From Perna viridis (taxonomy: Eukaryota), in assembly GCA_037379345.1 (NCBI GenBank), contig CM074520.1, forward strand, positions 17,277,488 through 17,341,487: a stretch of DNA of 64,000 nucleotides, written 5' to 3'. The stretch's first letter is position 1; each line of letters starts with the position of its first letter. The position numbers and the translations under genes were made by a program. The notes below the pieces were generated by a model. It did no database searches, had not been told where the DNA came from, and saw only the letters and a program-made list of their open reading frames with translations. This document shows positions 1 through 12,450 of this stretch, piece by piece.

Positions 1-841
1 CTTGCTGACCTATTCCTTCACTCTTATGAGACTGACTTTATAGCTGATTTGATCCGAAAGAAAGAATATCGTTTGGCTAAATCCTTTAATCTCAGTTTCC
101 GCTATATAGATAATGTATTATCTTTAAAAAATCCTAATTTCGGGGATTTGATACATCGCATCTACCCCAAAGAACTTGAGATAAAGGATACTACAGACAC
201 TGTAAGGTCAGCCTCATATCATGACCTACACTTAGAAATCGATGGTAAAGGAAAACTATTTACCAAACTTTACGACAAACGTGATGATTCTCATTCAGAA
301 TTGTCAACTTTCCTTTCATCTGTGGCAACATTCCTTCAGCACCTGAGTATGGAGTGTTCATATCACAACTCATACGTTATGCCAGAGCTTGCCGGAACTA
401 CGCAGTTTTTGTATCGCGCTAGAACTCTAACAAATAGGCTTCTGGAACAGGGTTATGTTGCTACAAGATTGAAGTCATCACTACTGAAGTTTTATGGTCG
501 TCATCATGAACTCATGGATCGTTATGGTGTTTCCATCTTCACCATGAAAACTGATTTATTCAACGGGTCATAGTTTTCCTTTCCTCGTTTGTTCACCCCG
601 GACTTGACCTTTTATTAGCAACTCGGCGGTTATTTCTTGAAAAGCAGAGGACGCTTACCCTACCAGTGCATCTGGTCCATGCTCCCAGTTTTTAGTCGGG
701 TCCGAGTTGCACATTTGCGTATGTATGATTTAAGTTACTTTATGTTCTTTGTTGTGTATGTCTGTTTTCCATGTCTGATCTTTGTCCCTGGATTGCGTTC
801 TTTTGATTACCGCTATAACCTTGGTTCCATCCATTACTCTT
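1..841 (+). mobile_element. Penelope-like retroelement family A, RT C-terminal half plus 3' UTR (decayed; may continue upstream of the window)
   Basis: LADLFLHSYE...FRYID(N)VLSL..IYPKELEIKDTTD..LYDKRDD..KFYGRHHEL RT/thumb motifs with a frameshift. The ORF ends after the thumb with no C-terminal GIY-YIG. Near-identical to 26730-27560. Confidence 0.85.
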
Positions 842-881
842 TCGATATTAGAAAATCATTTTGTAAAAAAAAATGTGACTG

Positions 882-983
882 ATTTTCTAATATTACAAAT
901 TCATTTTCTAATATAACAAATTCATTTTCTAATATTACAAATTCATTTTCTAATATAACAAATTCATTTTCCAATATTACAAA
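882..983. repeat. 21-bp tandem repeat (ATTTTCTAATATWACAAATTC), about 5 copies
   Basis: Read directly from the sequence. Confidence 0.9.
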
Positions 984-1948
984 ATATTGATTTTTATCCA
1001 CTTTGGCTTGCCATAGATTTTTCTATCGTTATTAGGAATTGTATACGTACACTTGATCCTAAAGTTCTGTATGATGTGTAAAATCAATTGAAGTTAAAAT
1101 TAGTTGAAAACATTTATGGTATTTTCAACTCAAACTCAGCCGATTTTATGTTCTCAAAAGTCTTGAGATGTGTAACCGGAAGTTACCGTACAAAACTAAT
1201 AATTGACCATTTCTCACTTCCCAAACAGAAATTTACGGGTTTTTTTTTCTTTAAAAAATTCAGAGGTTAAAACTTCACTTTAAGATTAATTTTGAATAAC
1301 GACGTTATGAAAGATTGACTATTGTTTTAAAAAAGAAATGTCGGAGTTAGTCTAAGAATCCATACCGTACTGAAGCACGAATCCCCGTACCAGCAAATAA
1401 TTGATACTAACTTATCAAGAATGAAAAATATTCAATAGACAAAATTTTTATCATTGTCAATTCTTATAAATTAATTTTCAAACATATTTTTATCTTTAAA
1501 CATGAGAAAAGTAACTCTGAATTTAACTGAACAGGGGGGTGTCAATATTTTTTTATCCATTGAGATATAACAAAATTATTCTAATCAATCAGATTACAGT
1601 ATTCATCACAAATTAATTTATTGTGAAATATTAAATAAAATTTTACAAATAACAAAAATACCAGACTTGGATTTTTCAGGTGGAAATATCACGTATTAAT
1701 GAAGAAATCGGCAAAAGAGTACGGGGTAAAGTTGGTACGGATACGGTACAGGTTACACATTTCGGTATGTACCAGAAAGGGTATATCTTTCTTGTCACAC
1801 CGGCGCGGTTGTAGGATTAGTAAAAGACAGAGAAACCACAATTACCACTGTATATAGTATTATTAATATATTAATATTATAGTAAATATTTGTGTGTAAA
1901 TAATCAATCATTTTAAGCTGCCTATATATTCTAGATTGAGATTGGATC

Positions 1949-3695
1949 ATGGAAGAAGATGAACTTTCCCTTCATGCTCCAGAAAGTTGGCGTACGGATA
2001 CTTCTGAGGATTCAGGCTGGGACGCCGCTGAATTCTTGGTGTTGGATGAACTAGGTTCAGGCGATGAGGCTATAGATGACAAGAAATCTGCTGACGACAC
2101 CTCCCAAGCAGAAGACGTGAGAATAGTGCAGGTTTCACAGGACGAGGACCAGAGAGTAGTGGAGGATCATGGAATGGCCGCATGCATGTTGGCTCGCCCT
2201 TCCACAAGCGCCTCGTTTTCTGGTGATGGGCGAGCAGCTGTATCCATACCTCGGAGTCGCCTACGCACGTGTTATGTATGTGGCTTACAAACGACGGACA
2301 AGATGAGGCGCCATGTATAGAAGACTCACTTACCATGGTTTTGTTATCCGACCACAGCATGTTGGGAATGTCATACCCAGGAGGTCCAAGCATCCGCAGT
2401 TGCCTTCAAACATGGAGATCATCCCATTGGTTGTACCTTTGATGACGAACACATCCACCATTGGTGTTTACTGGTAAATGGGTCACTCAACAAACTTGTG
2501 TCATGGCTGAACTGCAAGAGTCTGGATGATTTGTTGGTCGTTGTGTTAGATACGGAAGTGTACCGTCCTCTACAAAGCGGATTTTAAAGAGCAGGAGATG
2601 CAATATCTGACGCTTTATGTGGACAACTACAGTGCTTACCAGGTGCATCGGCAGACTTTCAAGCCGCTAAATTATGGAGTCTGCATCGTAAACTTGGAGC
2701 TAGTGGCCAGTCTGCTTCGCCGTGTAAGCCCTGCTAACCAACAGGAGTTTGCAATATACGAACGATATTCAACCTATGAGGGCGCAGATATTCAGGTACC
2801 AGTAAAACCTCTCGATGAGCCATGCCTCTTTATAGACACTCACTTTCATTTGGACCTTGCGACTCAGAGATTAGGCTTCCGCAATTTCCTGCACATGAAT
2901 GAAATCATAGCGCCGAGCAAAAGTCATGGGTTTTATTCTGGCGTCGCCAATTATGTTTTCCCCAGGAATTGGAAGAATTGGAGGGAACAGGTAGGGTATG
3001 CAAAGACCGTATTCGTTAGTTTTGGAATACATCCTCATGAAGCTCAGAAGGGATTGACAAGTGCCCTTAGGCAGGAATTGAAATCGTTGCTGGACCACGA
3101 ATTATGCGTCGCAGTCGGTGAGATAGAACTCGACTACACCACCAGGTGCCGTTGTGATCCGTGTCAGAACCCGATTGTTTGTGGGAGGAAGATGCGGTTT
3201 AACCAGGACGTTTTCGGGACCCTACTGCAGATGGCCAAAGGCCGACAGTTGCCCATTGTCTTGCACTGTCGTGACGAAGGAGACGGATCTGCAGCTGCAC
3301 GAGTCTTAGAGATCATACTCGATACAGGGTGCTCAGGAATGAAAATCCATAGGAATTGCTTATTGGGAAAAGTACAAGAGCTTATCCAATGGCAGGACAT
3401 TTTGCCACAGACGTATTTTGGGGTAACTTGGAAGACCATACGAGAATGCCCAGCTGTTGTACCAAGGATCCTTCCTAACAGGCTACTTATAGAGACTGAC
3501 GCTCCATTCTTGTCACCATATCCATGTACCTCAACCAGCCATCCTTGGAACCTACCAGCCGTTGCTGTCGAGGCTAGTCGTTTGAGGAATGTGCCATTGT
3601 CCATCCTTAACTGATCGACCAATCAGAATGCTATCCATCTGTATGTCCTGAAACCGCGGGTACCGTCTAATCAGGGGCCAGCACGCCCCGTTTAG
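1949..3695 (+). pseudogene. Intronless acidic N-terminus + Cys/His zinc-finger-like region + TatD-family nuclease, disrupted
   Basis: TatD motifs FIDTHFHLD, FGIHPH, AVGEIELDY, IVLHCRD, LLIETDAPFL and the C-terminal NAIHLY. N-terminal CYVC..RRHV*KTHLPW..ACWECH. Stop at 2318-2320, +1 frameshift in the T-run at about 2582-2585, in-frame TGA at 3612-3614, final TAG at 3693-3695. Confidence 0.85.
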
Positions 3696-4437
3696 AACCC
3701 CTCAAAGTAAAGTTACCGTCATTGTACTTTAGTTTCCGTTAACTCCAGGAAGGAGTCAAATTCCATATCTGTGATACTGCATTTCCAAATATCCAAAGCT
3801 CTAATGAGTGAAAAAGGTATTTTCATAGAATTTCATTTCTACACTAAAAAAAATCATTGGTGAAAGAGAATCAGAATGACTATTTTTTATTGATATATAT
3901 AGCTACACTCACAAATTAATAATTCATTATTTGTTCATTAAAATAATGTATGCAAGGTTTTTTATAGTATATTTCAAACTCCTTGGTGTGTGTAAGCAGA
4001 AAGAATAAAGACACTAAAATTATGGACCATTCTGACTTGGTTGGGGCAACCCAATTTGCATTTTGGGCAAATATATGTGTATACGTGGTGCATACTGATG
4101 ATAAGAATGTGTGTTTACACCATGACAAACACAATGTTCGCTGTTTCAACGTAGATTGTGTGTTAAAAAATCCGAATTAAGTTTCTTTCAAACGCATGAA
4201 AAATGGAGGGGAGAGACTTGAACCATTTCATGACTAATCCAATCAAAGATAATGCGTTGAATCAGGCTAAACTAACTGAGTTCGAAATCCATCGCAACAA
4301 AGAGTGTTTGTTCCAGGTTGATAATTCACTCAAATCATGTCATAAATGTATTAAATGCTCAGTCTTCAATATAAACTACTGCACAAATACACGCAACATC
4401 GTCTGCTATGTAAGTAATTGGCCTCAAGCCATCTAAA

Positions 4438-4904
4438 GGTTACAGACCACCAATTCAACCAATGAGCATTTGGAACGTACGCAAAAATAGCCATACGCAG
4501 AAATTACCCCTGTTCCTCATAGTGCTGTGAAAAAAGTTCTCATCTTATTTAAAAAATTTAAACAGTTTCTGAAAGGAAAAACATTTCTGTATATTTTATG
4601 GGTGCATTTTGCTTCTTGTGATGTGAAGCCTAATCTCCATAATGATTTCTAAATATACCCCTATCTTGTGAAAACACTGGGATTTCCAATGCTATTTATA
4701 GACACTTCACTTCCGGTGACCAGTACTGCACTGCAAGTCTGTTAACCCCACATGCCATTCTGAGGATTGTGAGCTGATATATGTAGAATCATGCTGATAT
4801 ATAGTCCTCTGCAGGTTAAAGTTAAGGTAAAGTCCAGAGAAGCCATTGAATATTGTGAAATTAGCATAGAAGCCTATGGGAAATGGAATTAGTGGTTTCT
4901 AGCC
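4438..4904 (+). mobile_element. ~467-bp non-autonomous TIR element (Kolobok-like; possibly a solo KolobokP-type terminal repeat), copy 1
   Basis: Imperfect TIRs GGTTACAGACCACCAATTC / GAATTAGTGGTTTCTAGCC, flanked by TAAA on both sides. A near-identical inverted copy lies at 6914-7384. Confidence 0.7.
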
Positions 4905-4949
4905 TAAACACACACACACATCATTAATACTGCTGAATTAAATCATGAA

Positions 4950-5379
4950 AATATGGAATTTGACTCCTTCCTGGAGTTAACGGAAACTAAAGTACAATGA
5001 CGGTAACTTTACTTTGAGGGGTTCTAGACGGGGCGTGCTGGCCCCTGATTAAACGGTACCCGCAGTTTCAGGACATACAGATCGATGGCGTTCTGGAGTT
5101 AACGAAAACTAAAGTACAATGACGGTAACTTTACTTTGAGGGGTTCTAGACGGGGCGTGCTGGCCCTGATTAAACAGTACCCGCAGTTTCAGGACATACA
5201 GATCGATGGCGTTCTGGAGTTAACGGAAACTAAAGTACAATGACGGTAACTTTACGTTGAGGGGTTCTAGACGGGGCGTGCTGGCCCCTGATTAAACGGA
5301 ACCCGCAGTTTCAGGACATACAGATCGATGGCGTTCTGGAGTTAACGGAAACTAAAGTACAATGACGGTAACTTTACTT
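4950..5379 (-). repeat. ~122-bp tandem array (about 3.4 units) derived from the 3' end of the TatD ORF, in inverted orientation
   Basis: Units start at 4971, 5093, 5214 and 5336. The reverse complement matches 3624-3768. Confidence 0.92.
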
Positions 5380-6399
5380 ACCAAGTTTTGAAAATATATC
5401 AAGTCTATCAAAGTGAACCCCAACATTATTTCAGCAACAAATCAGTAGAACTATAGATTCATCATACTTACTTTTTAGATAAATATTATTTCAAATACAT
5501 GAACAGTACATGTATTTTCCAATATTTTTTATTATGTTATGGCAATGATTAAAATCTTAGACACATGGAATGGTATGATGATAGTCTGAAGTAAGGGATG
5601 GTGTTCTATTTTTTCCTCCAAGTACATGTAGCCATAGACATTTAATACTTATTACTGACCGATCTTTTCATGATAACTTGTTGCCAGACAAAATTAATAT
5701 GGAATATATTTAATTTTTTCTGTGTTCTAAATTGTGGAATCTCAATGAGTTTGACAACCATACCAGTATTTCATCCAGTTTTGCAATGCTAGTGGGTTAA
5801 GCTTCCATGAAAGTAGCAACGACATTTTTTTTATTTTAGTTTGTATGAGAACAAACCTAAGTATGACCCATTACAGTCCCATATGTACCACATTGATTTC
5901 AGTGCAGTGAATTTTGAAATGAAAAATGTATTCCTACATGTTTCTGTTTATAAGTGTATTTAAAATTATAGTATATGTTTTTTGTGTAATATAATGAGGT
6001 GAGGCGTCAAAATGCAACAAGTACTTGTTATCTCCGAATTTTACTGACACTTCCGAACACAGTTGCCTCCCCTGTCAAGAACGAAATTTTAAATAAATTG
6101 ACAGAATTGCATTTAACACCACTTCGCAAGTAAAAACATTCACTGCAGCTCAGAAATATATCGGTCCTTCATTGTGTGAAATATCTAAGTGTTTCAAAAT
6201 CTAGAAATTGAGATATCTTTATTTTTATTTCGCTAGGCGGCGAATTTTTGACAAGGGCCCGGCTTCAAGGGGTTGGTCTGGAAAAAGCTAACAGAATCTC
6301 TTCTGTGAGATATTTTGGCCCTTTTATTGCTGTATCTTAATGATAAAATGAACAAGGATGTGCAGCATATCGGTTAATTTTGCCGATGTAATCGATGAA

Positions 6400-6702
6400 G
6401 CTCTAACGAGTCGATTTTTCAGTGCATGTTTTGGCGGTGAAAAATATCGCATTCTGGCGTCATGTGTCACGTGACTTTTGCAGATTGCCGTCGCCATTTA
6501 TTGACTTTGGCTTTCGGCAGTGACCAGGCCTTTTCAAGGAAGGGTCGAGTGTGGTGCGTAGCTCTTAATACTTAGTTACTTCCAGTGGAACGAGTACACA
6601 ACTTTAACTGACGTCAGTTTCCGGTATATATTCTGATCATCGTGTGTGCTTATTTTTGTTCTGTTGTCAGGATTCACCAGAAGACGGATTATTTGGGTGA
6701 GT
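6400..6702 (+). promoter_or_regulatory. CpG-rich promoter-like region with a candidate first-exon donor
   Basis: TTTTGGCGG (E2F-like, 6429-6437), GTCACGTGAC (E-box palindrome, 6466-6475), CGCCATTT (YY1-like), AACTGACGTCAGTT (CRE palindrome, 6606-6619), TTCCGG (ETS-like), donor GTGAGT at 6697. Confidence 0.5.
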
Positions 6703-6913
6703 TATTACATTTACTTCGTATATTTGATGATTATTGTTGTGTAGTCACTCGGACTCCACGACACTATTAAAGTAAAGGTTTAATTGAGTTGATCCGTAAG
6801 TGCTTGAACTGTTACTTACTGCCCGTGTTTTTATTGTAATTCATGTCAAACGACAAATGATGTGTTAACTAAGCTCGGTCATGTCGGTAAAATGATTTAC
6901 TAATGCGGCTTTA

Positions 6914-7384
6914 GGCTAGAAACCACTAATTCCACTTCCCATAGGCTTCTATGCTAATTTCACAATATTCAATTGCTTCTCTGGACTTTACCTTAACTTT
7001 AACCTGCAGAGGACTATACATCAGCATGATTCTACATATGTCAGCTCACAATCCTCAGAATGGCATGTGGGGTTAGCAGACTTGCAGTGCAGTACTGGTC
7101 ACCGGAAGTGAAGTGTCTATAAATAAATAGCATGGGAAATCCCAGTGTTTTCACAAGATAGGGGTATATTTAGAAATCATTATGGAGATTAGGCTTCACA
7201 TCACAAGAAGCAAAATGCACCCATAAAATGTACAGAAATGTTTTTCTTTGCAGAAACTGTTTAAATTTTTTAAATAAGATGAGAACTTTTTTCACAGCAC
7301 TATGAGGAACAGGGGTAATTTCTGCGTAGGACTATTTTTGCGTACGTTCCAAATGCTTATTGGTTGAATTGGTGGTCTGTAACC
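6914..7384 (-). mobile_element. ~471-bp non-autonomous TIR element, copy 2 (inverted relative to 4438-4904)
   Basis: Reverse complement of 4438-4904 with few differences; flanks TTTA / TAAA. Confidence 0.75.
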
Positions 7385-9487
7385 TAAATTTATCCCCGGT
7401 GCAGATTTCGTCCGGCATTGTTTTTCTTTTATACATTACGTTACAATTTCTGGTCGCCTGCATTCCAGGAAAACAAAATTTTGGGAAAACATTTAATTCA
7501 TCAATTTTAAGACCGTATTTTGAAAATCTTGCTTACATTTAATCATAAAGATGTGAAGGGAATACTGTCATACCTAACTTCCTATCACCTCTGTTGTAAG
7601 GTCAGCGGGTACAAAAAATTTAAGATGTTCAACAAGATTTGACACCCTAAATTAATACACATTGTTTAATATACCAAGACACTTATTTTAATGTTACTTA
7701 AGATATGCTGTAATACTACTGCATCTAACTGCTGTTTAAAAATATACAGATGTAAAGGAAATAGAAAATTATGTCTTTCTTTAAAAAATTGGTTTAAAAA
7801 ACAGGACTTTCTCGAATACAAAACTATGGCTAATGGAAATGGCTAGATTGCAGGATTTTGCACCAAATATCCCAGATGGGGGGCCTTGAGCGGACCCTGG
7901 CCGTGAAGGTCATGCCCCAAGACAATGTCACGTTTAACATTTGTGTCAGTGACCTGTTTGGGTTTTTTCAATTGAAAGATTTTATTTGTCACTGATAAGT
8001 AATATGGATCAATGGTCTCATATTCGATGAAAATGTCATCGAACATTGCATTACCTGAGAAAATACTATGGTTACCAAAAGTTTTTACAAGATTAAAAAA
8101 AGCAAAATTGGATACATATTTTAATACATAATGTGCAACACAGTCCAGTTTCATCACTTTTGATTTTTTAAAACATAATCTGAAATGTTTGCCTCATTTC
8201 CCATCTTTACATTTACCCTTGGAAAACAAAATTGTGGCGACGATCTTGAAAATTGCTCTTGTCTTCTCCATAGTTTCCATTGCTGCTATTGCCAAGGAGT
8301 GTCCTTCTTGGATGCGTGGCTACTGTAGTCGAGTGGGGTACGACTACATTAGATGTAGAGGGGGTGACTGTGTCTCCATCACCATGCCCGTAGCCAGAAA
8401 TTTTCAAAAGGGGGAGGGGGGGTATTTGTGCAAGAAAAAACTTAATAAGTCCCCGTAGATTTATTAAAAAAAAATTATATCTGACTTTTTTTTATCTGTC
8501 TTCCTTTTTGATTTGATTTGATTTTATTTTGTTTTACACTTGTTTCAGTTCACAGACAGCTGAACTTATGAAAGGATTTGAATGGAATGTTGAATCTGAG
8601 GATGGTAACACTTCAAAGAGGTATTGTTTTCGTTCAATCATCATTGTCTGAATTTTATTAGGGTGAGGGGTACCGATCATGAAAACCGACGTTTCATTTA
8701 GATGTGTAGCAATCAGAAGCATTAAGACATATATAGGATAATAATATCTATATTGCAGTTCAGTTTATCAGACGTTTGTGAGACTGAGTCCTGTTCCTGG
8801 ACCTAGTGGTGTAAATGGCAGACATAATGCGCTAGTTATATTATGATTTTACTTGATCTGATGATTTTACAATGCAACATTAATCAATTGTCTAATTGAT
8901 AAAACAAATCAGAATTGATTCAATCTACATTTTTTATCATGATGTTTTTAAAAGTGTACATACATGAACAATTCTTTATTGATTAGATGAGCAAATTCAA
9001 AGCAGTTAAGAAGTTGAACATTACAATGTATGTTTGATTGTCCAGATGAATATCTGTATCACTATATGAAAAAAAGCATGTGCTTCACTTTTTAGAGGAT
9101 CTTCATTAAGAAAAAATACCTATTTCTTCTATCTTTTCAATGTATTTCTCTTAAGTCTACCTCTCCTTCTCAATTCACAGGCATTGATTGTTATCTTATT
9201 AAATCAATTTTGATTGTAGAGGGATCAAACGGATGTTTGAAAAACTGAATAGTAATGATTCTGAAGAGGAAACAACGTAAGTGTAGTTTTACATCTGCAC
9301 GTTACCAATTCATTATTGATAACACTGGGGTAGGAAGGATTTTTTTTATTGGTACGGCTTAACAGTAAATTTTCAGAAAAATACTATATTTTATACAAAA
9401 CGTAAAATATTGGTACTGATTTTTGAAATTATTGATATGACTGGAACAGCAGCAACTGTACCGCTTCCTATGCGCATGAGTAATAAT

Positions 9488-9982
9488 TATATCCACCCTC
9501 CCAAGTCAGGGTTTTGAGTCCACTCTCGCTCCCTCAAAACCCTGACATCACTCATTCATATTTAGTGGGTATCGGCCAGCCAATTCCGATTGGTTGCTTT
9601 TCCATGTGAGAAGCACCAATGAAAATCGATTTAACATAAAAAGTCTGTGGAAAGGTAAACAATAATAATACGAGGTAATGGACAATCTGATATAGTAACT
9701 GTAACATGTTTGATGTCACAAATGATGCAATATGAGCAAAATGATTACTGTTGATTCTGTTTAGATTCTTTACTGAAAAAAAATGACGTTATGTGTAGCC
9801 ACTTTGTAAATTATATCGAAGAGTTTCTATTAAATGTGATTTGATTGGATTTTGAATATGGGTTAAATTTAAGTAACTCACTAGATGGCGCTGGATGATA
9901 CCCACTAAATATCAATGAGTGATGTCAGGGGTTTGAGGAAGTGAAGGTGGACTCAAAACCCTGACTTGGGAGGATGAATTAT
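9488..9982. mobile_element. MITE with ~70-bp imperfect TIRs
   Basis: ATCCACCCTCCCAAGTCAGGGGTTTTGAGTCCAC...CTGACATCACTCATT mirrored by AATGAGTGATGTCAG...GTGGACTCAAAACCCTGACTTGGGAGGATGAAT. Confidence 0.75.
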
Positions 9983-11559
9983 ATCGTGAAATAATGTTTT
10001 AAATCAAGTTTTTTTTTAATAATTTTACAAATCAATTTGTAACTGTCAAACGATTTTAGCAAACGATGTGTCATATTTACAACGGTTCGAGTATTAATCA
10101 TATTAATTAACACTTGAATTTTAATTTCTTCATTTATCGTATGCAATAAGTCAAATTTGTCATATTTTGTCAGTTTTTTTTTAATGCAGAAATAAAGAAA
10201 ATGAGTGTAAAATGTAAGTTTTGATTTTTCTTTTTGTTTCATTTTGTTGTCTGATTTCACGTCACTGTATTTCATGTATTACATTGAGTTATTTTATGTG
10301 TACATTGTTCTGAGTACCGAATAGAAGTATCAGAATTCAATAGTTATCTCTTTCCATAGCACATTAGTTCATTTTTTTTAAAATTTACATTTCAACACGT
10401 AGACAATATAAGTCTAGCAGGGTGGGGGATTCGAGATTCCAGATAAAGAAGTTGGAAATTTTGGAAATGCGAATGGAATACATAATAGAAGAGGAGAGGA
10501 AGAATCTTGCTATAGTAAAAGACAATATAAAAAACCAGAAGAAACTTGAAACTTGAAAAGTTTTAGTTAAAAAAAGATGTTTTGATTGAGAGTATAAGTG
10601 TGTGTGTGTGTGTGTTTGAAATATTTGTTATTAATATATGTGTGTATGTATTAAATAATAAATTATTGAAGTGTTTCATGAATTACTTCATCAGAGTTTT
10701 AAACAAGAAATTTCTCTCTTTTTGTAAAGAACATGGTTTTTTATGGTTACTATCAACCTTGTGCAAAAAAAATTTAAAATCACAATTTTTCCAACTCATA
10801 GTTAATATCGCTGTATCATTAACCATGTGTATCATGAAAAGACTGAAATGACTTGTTTCAAAATGCACAACAACATGTTTGAAAAAGAATGAATTACCTC
10901 ATCCAATGTTATATCTTTGGAGCTCTACATCTGTGTTTTAATTTCTTGCCTCTTTTATGTATACAGGCTTTTCAAAGGATGACTTTCACGAGTAGATGAA
11001 TGACGTACAAAAATGGTTGATTGTCTTTAAGGATATTGACACTGGTGTTTCGAAATGACTCAATGTTTTATGTCATAAATTCAATGACCTACTTTCCCAA
11101 AGAACATTTATAAGTAGGTCGTAGTCAGTCATTACTCTATGACCTTCAAAAGAGCGGTTTGTTTTTAATGGTCACACAGATATTTTGGGGGAATTACTCA
11201 CTTTTGATGTCAGTAGGTCGGAAATCTGTTCGTACTCAATGACCCTGTTTTCCTTGGAAATCTTTGGATTTTAGCTGCAGTAAGGTCATTTACATCCAAA
11301 AGACTTTTTAAAGGAGTGAAGGATGACCAGGTGTGCCGGAATGACTCATGGTTCAATGCTGTGAGGCAATGAAATCTTTAGTACTCATAACATGTAAAGA
11401 TTAAAACCCCCAGATCATTTATTTGAGTTTGATATCATAATATTTCTTTATAAAGATCGCATCATTTTTGCAGGGGTTGTTCTTGTGGTCATCATTTATA
11501 AACTCTATTATGCTTTGGGGAGGGGTTGAAAATTATGACCCCATTCTCTGTATTGGGGT

Positions 11560-12450
11560 TTAAAGCGATGCTATACTACTTTCCTTAAGAGGGACAATAC
11601 TTACAAGAAGAGAATCCTTTGGTTTGAGAAAATGCCAGGCTATTCGCTTGACACACCTACTGAAGAAGTAGCCGAATACATTGGCAAACATCCTATTGAT
11701 TTGAATAGACACAGGAATGCCAAAGTGACAAATCAAGGGTACTTTCGTACTTTCACCAAATAGCAAACAAAAAGTTCAAATTGAGATCGAAACTGTATTG
11801 AAAACCATATATATAATACGAACAAGAATGGCAATCCTAATAGACAAAATGTAGATGACGATATGCAAAGTGTCATCAATCTGAACTCTACAAACATCCC
11901 TTCCTAAAAGAGATGGTACAGACCTCTGGCAAGCCACTAAATGTAATAAGCTTTACTGATTTCCAGTTAAAACCATTTGCAAATGCCTATAGGTATTCTA
12001 TCATTGGTATTTACACGACATTTGATATTGACGCTTGCTTCGTCACTCTTATGGTATTTCAAGAGCACAAACTAAAACGGAAGGAAAAAAGCACAAGCCC
12101 AATAATTATGGGCCTAATTTATTTGCATTGGGATGGTGCATTTCACACCTATCAAGGTTTTTTTCCACGCATTGCCTCGATGCTTAATACGACAATATCT
12201 GAAACTCTTCTGTGTCAATAACGTTGTACATGTAATTGGTTAAGATGAAGAAAAAGGCTTTAAGTGAAAGCAATTACATAAGTCAAGCTTTCAAGATTCA
12301 GATTTGACTCTATGGACGAGGTTGTCGAGTGAGAATGCATCAAGACTTCTCAGAAACAAGGTTGGTGTGAGAGAAAAAGATTCCAAGCAAATACTGTCAG
12401 ATTAATTTGGAGAACAGGGGCTTATAGAATCTAATAAAACTGTTGCTCGT
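11560..12450 (+). mobile_element. Decayed MULE/Mutator-like DDE transposase remnant
   Basis: IIGI(Y)TTFDIDACFVT..PIIMGLIYLHWD..TYQGFF, then G*DEEK and NKVG..FGEQGL in shifted frames, with many stops. Confidence 0.6.

Noticed and set aside
1793-1930. TGTCACAC as the start of an LTR upstream of TatD
   Set aside because: No second LTR, primer-binding site, polypurine tract or gag/pol sequence in the window.
3612-3614. In-frame TGA in TatD as selenocysteine or programmed readthrough
   Set aside because: The gene has another stop and a frameshift, and a metal-ligand His appears replaced (HRNC); simple decay such as CGA to TGA is more likely.
4971-5379. CRISPR-like array
   Set aside because: The units are fully repeated with no unique spacers, the context is eukaryotic, and the sequence derives from the TatD 3' end.
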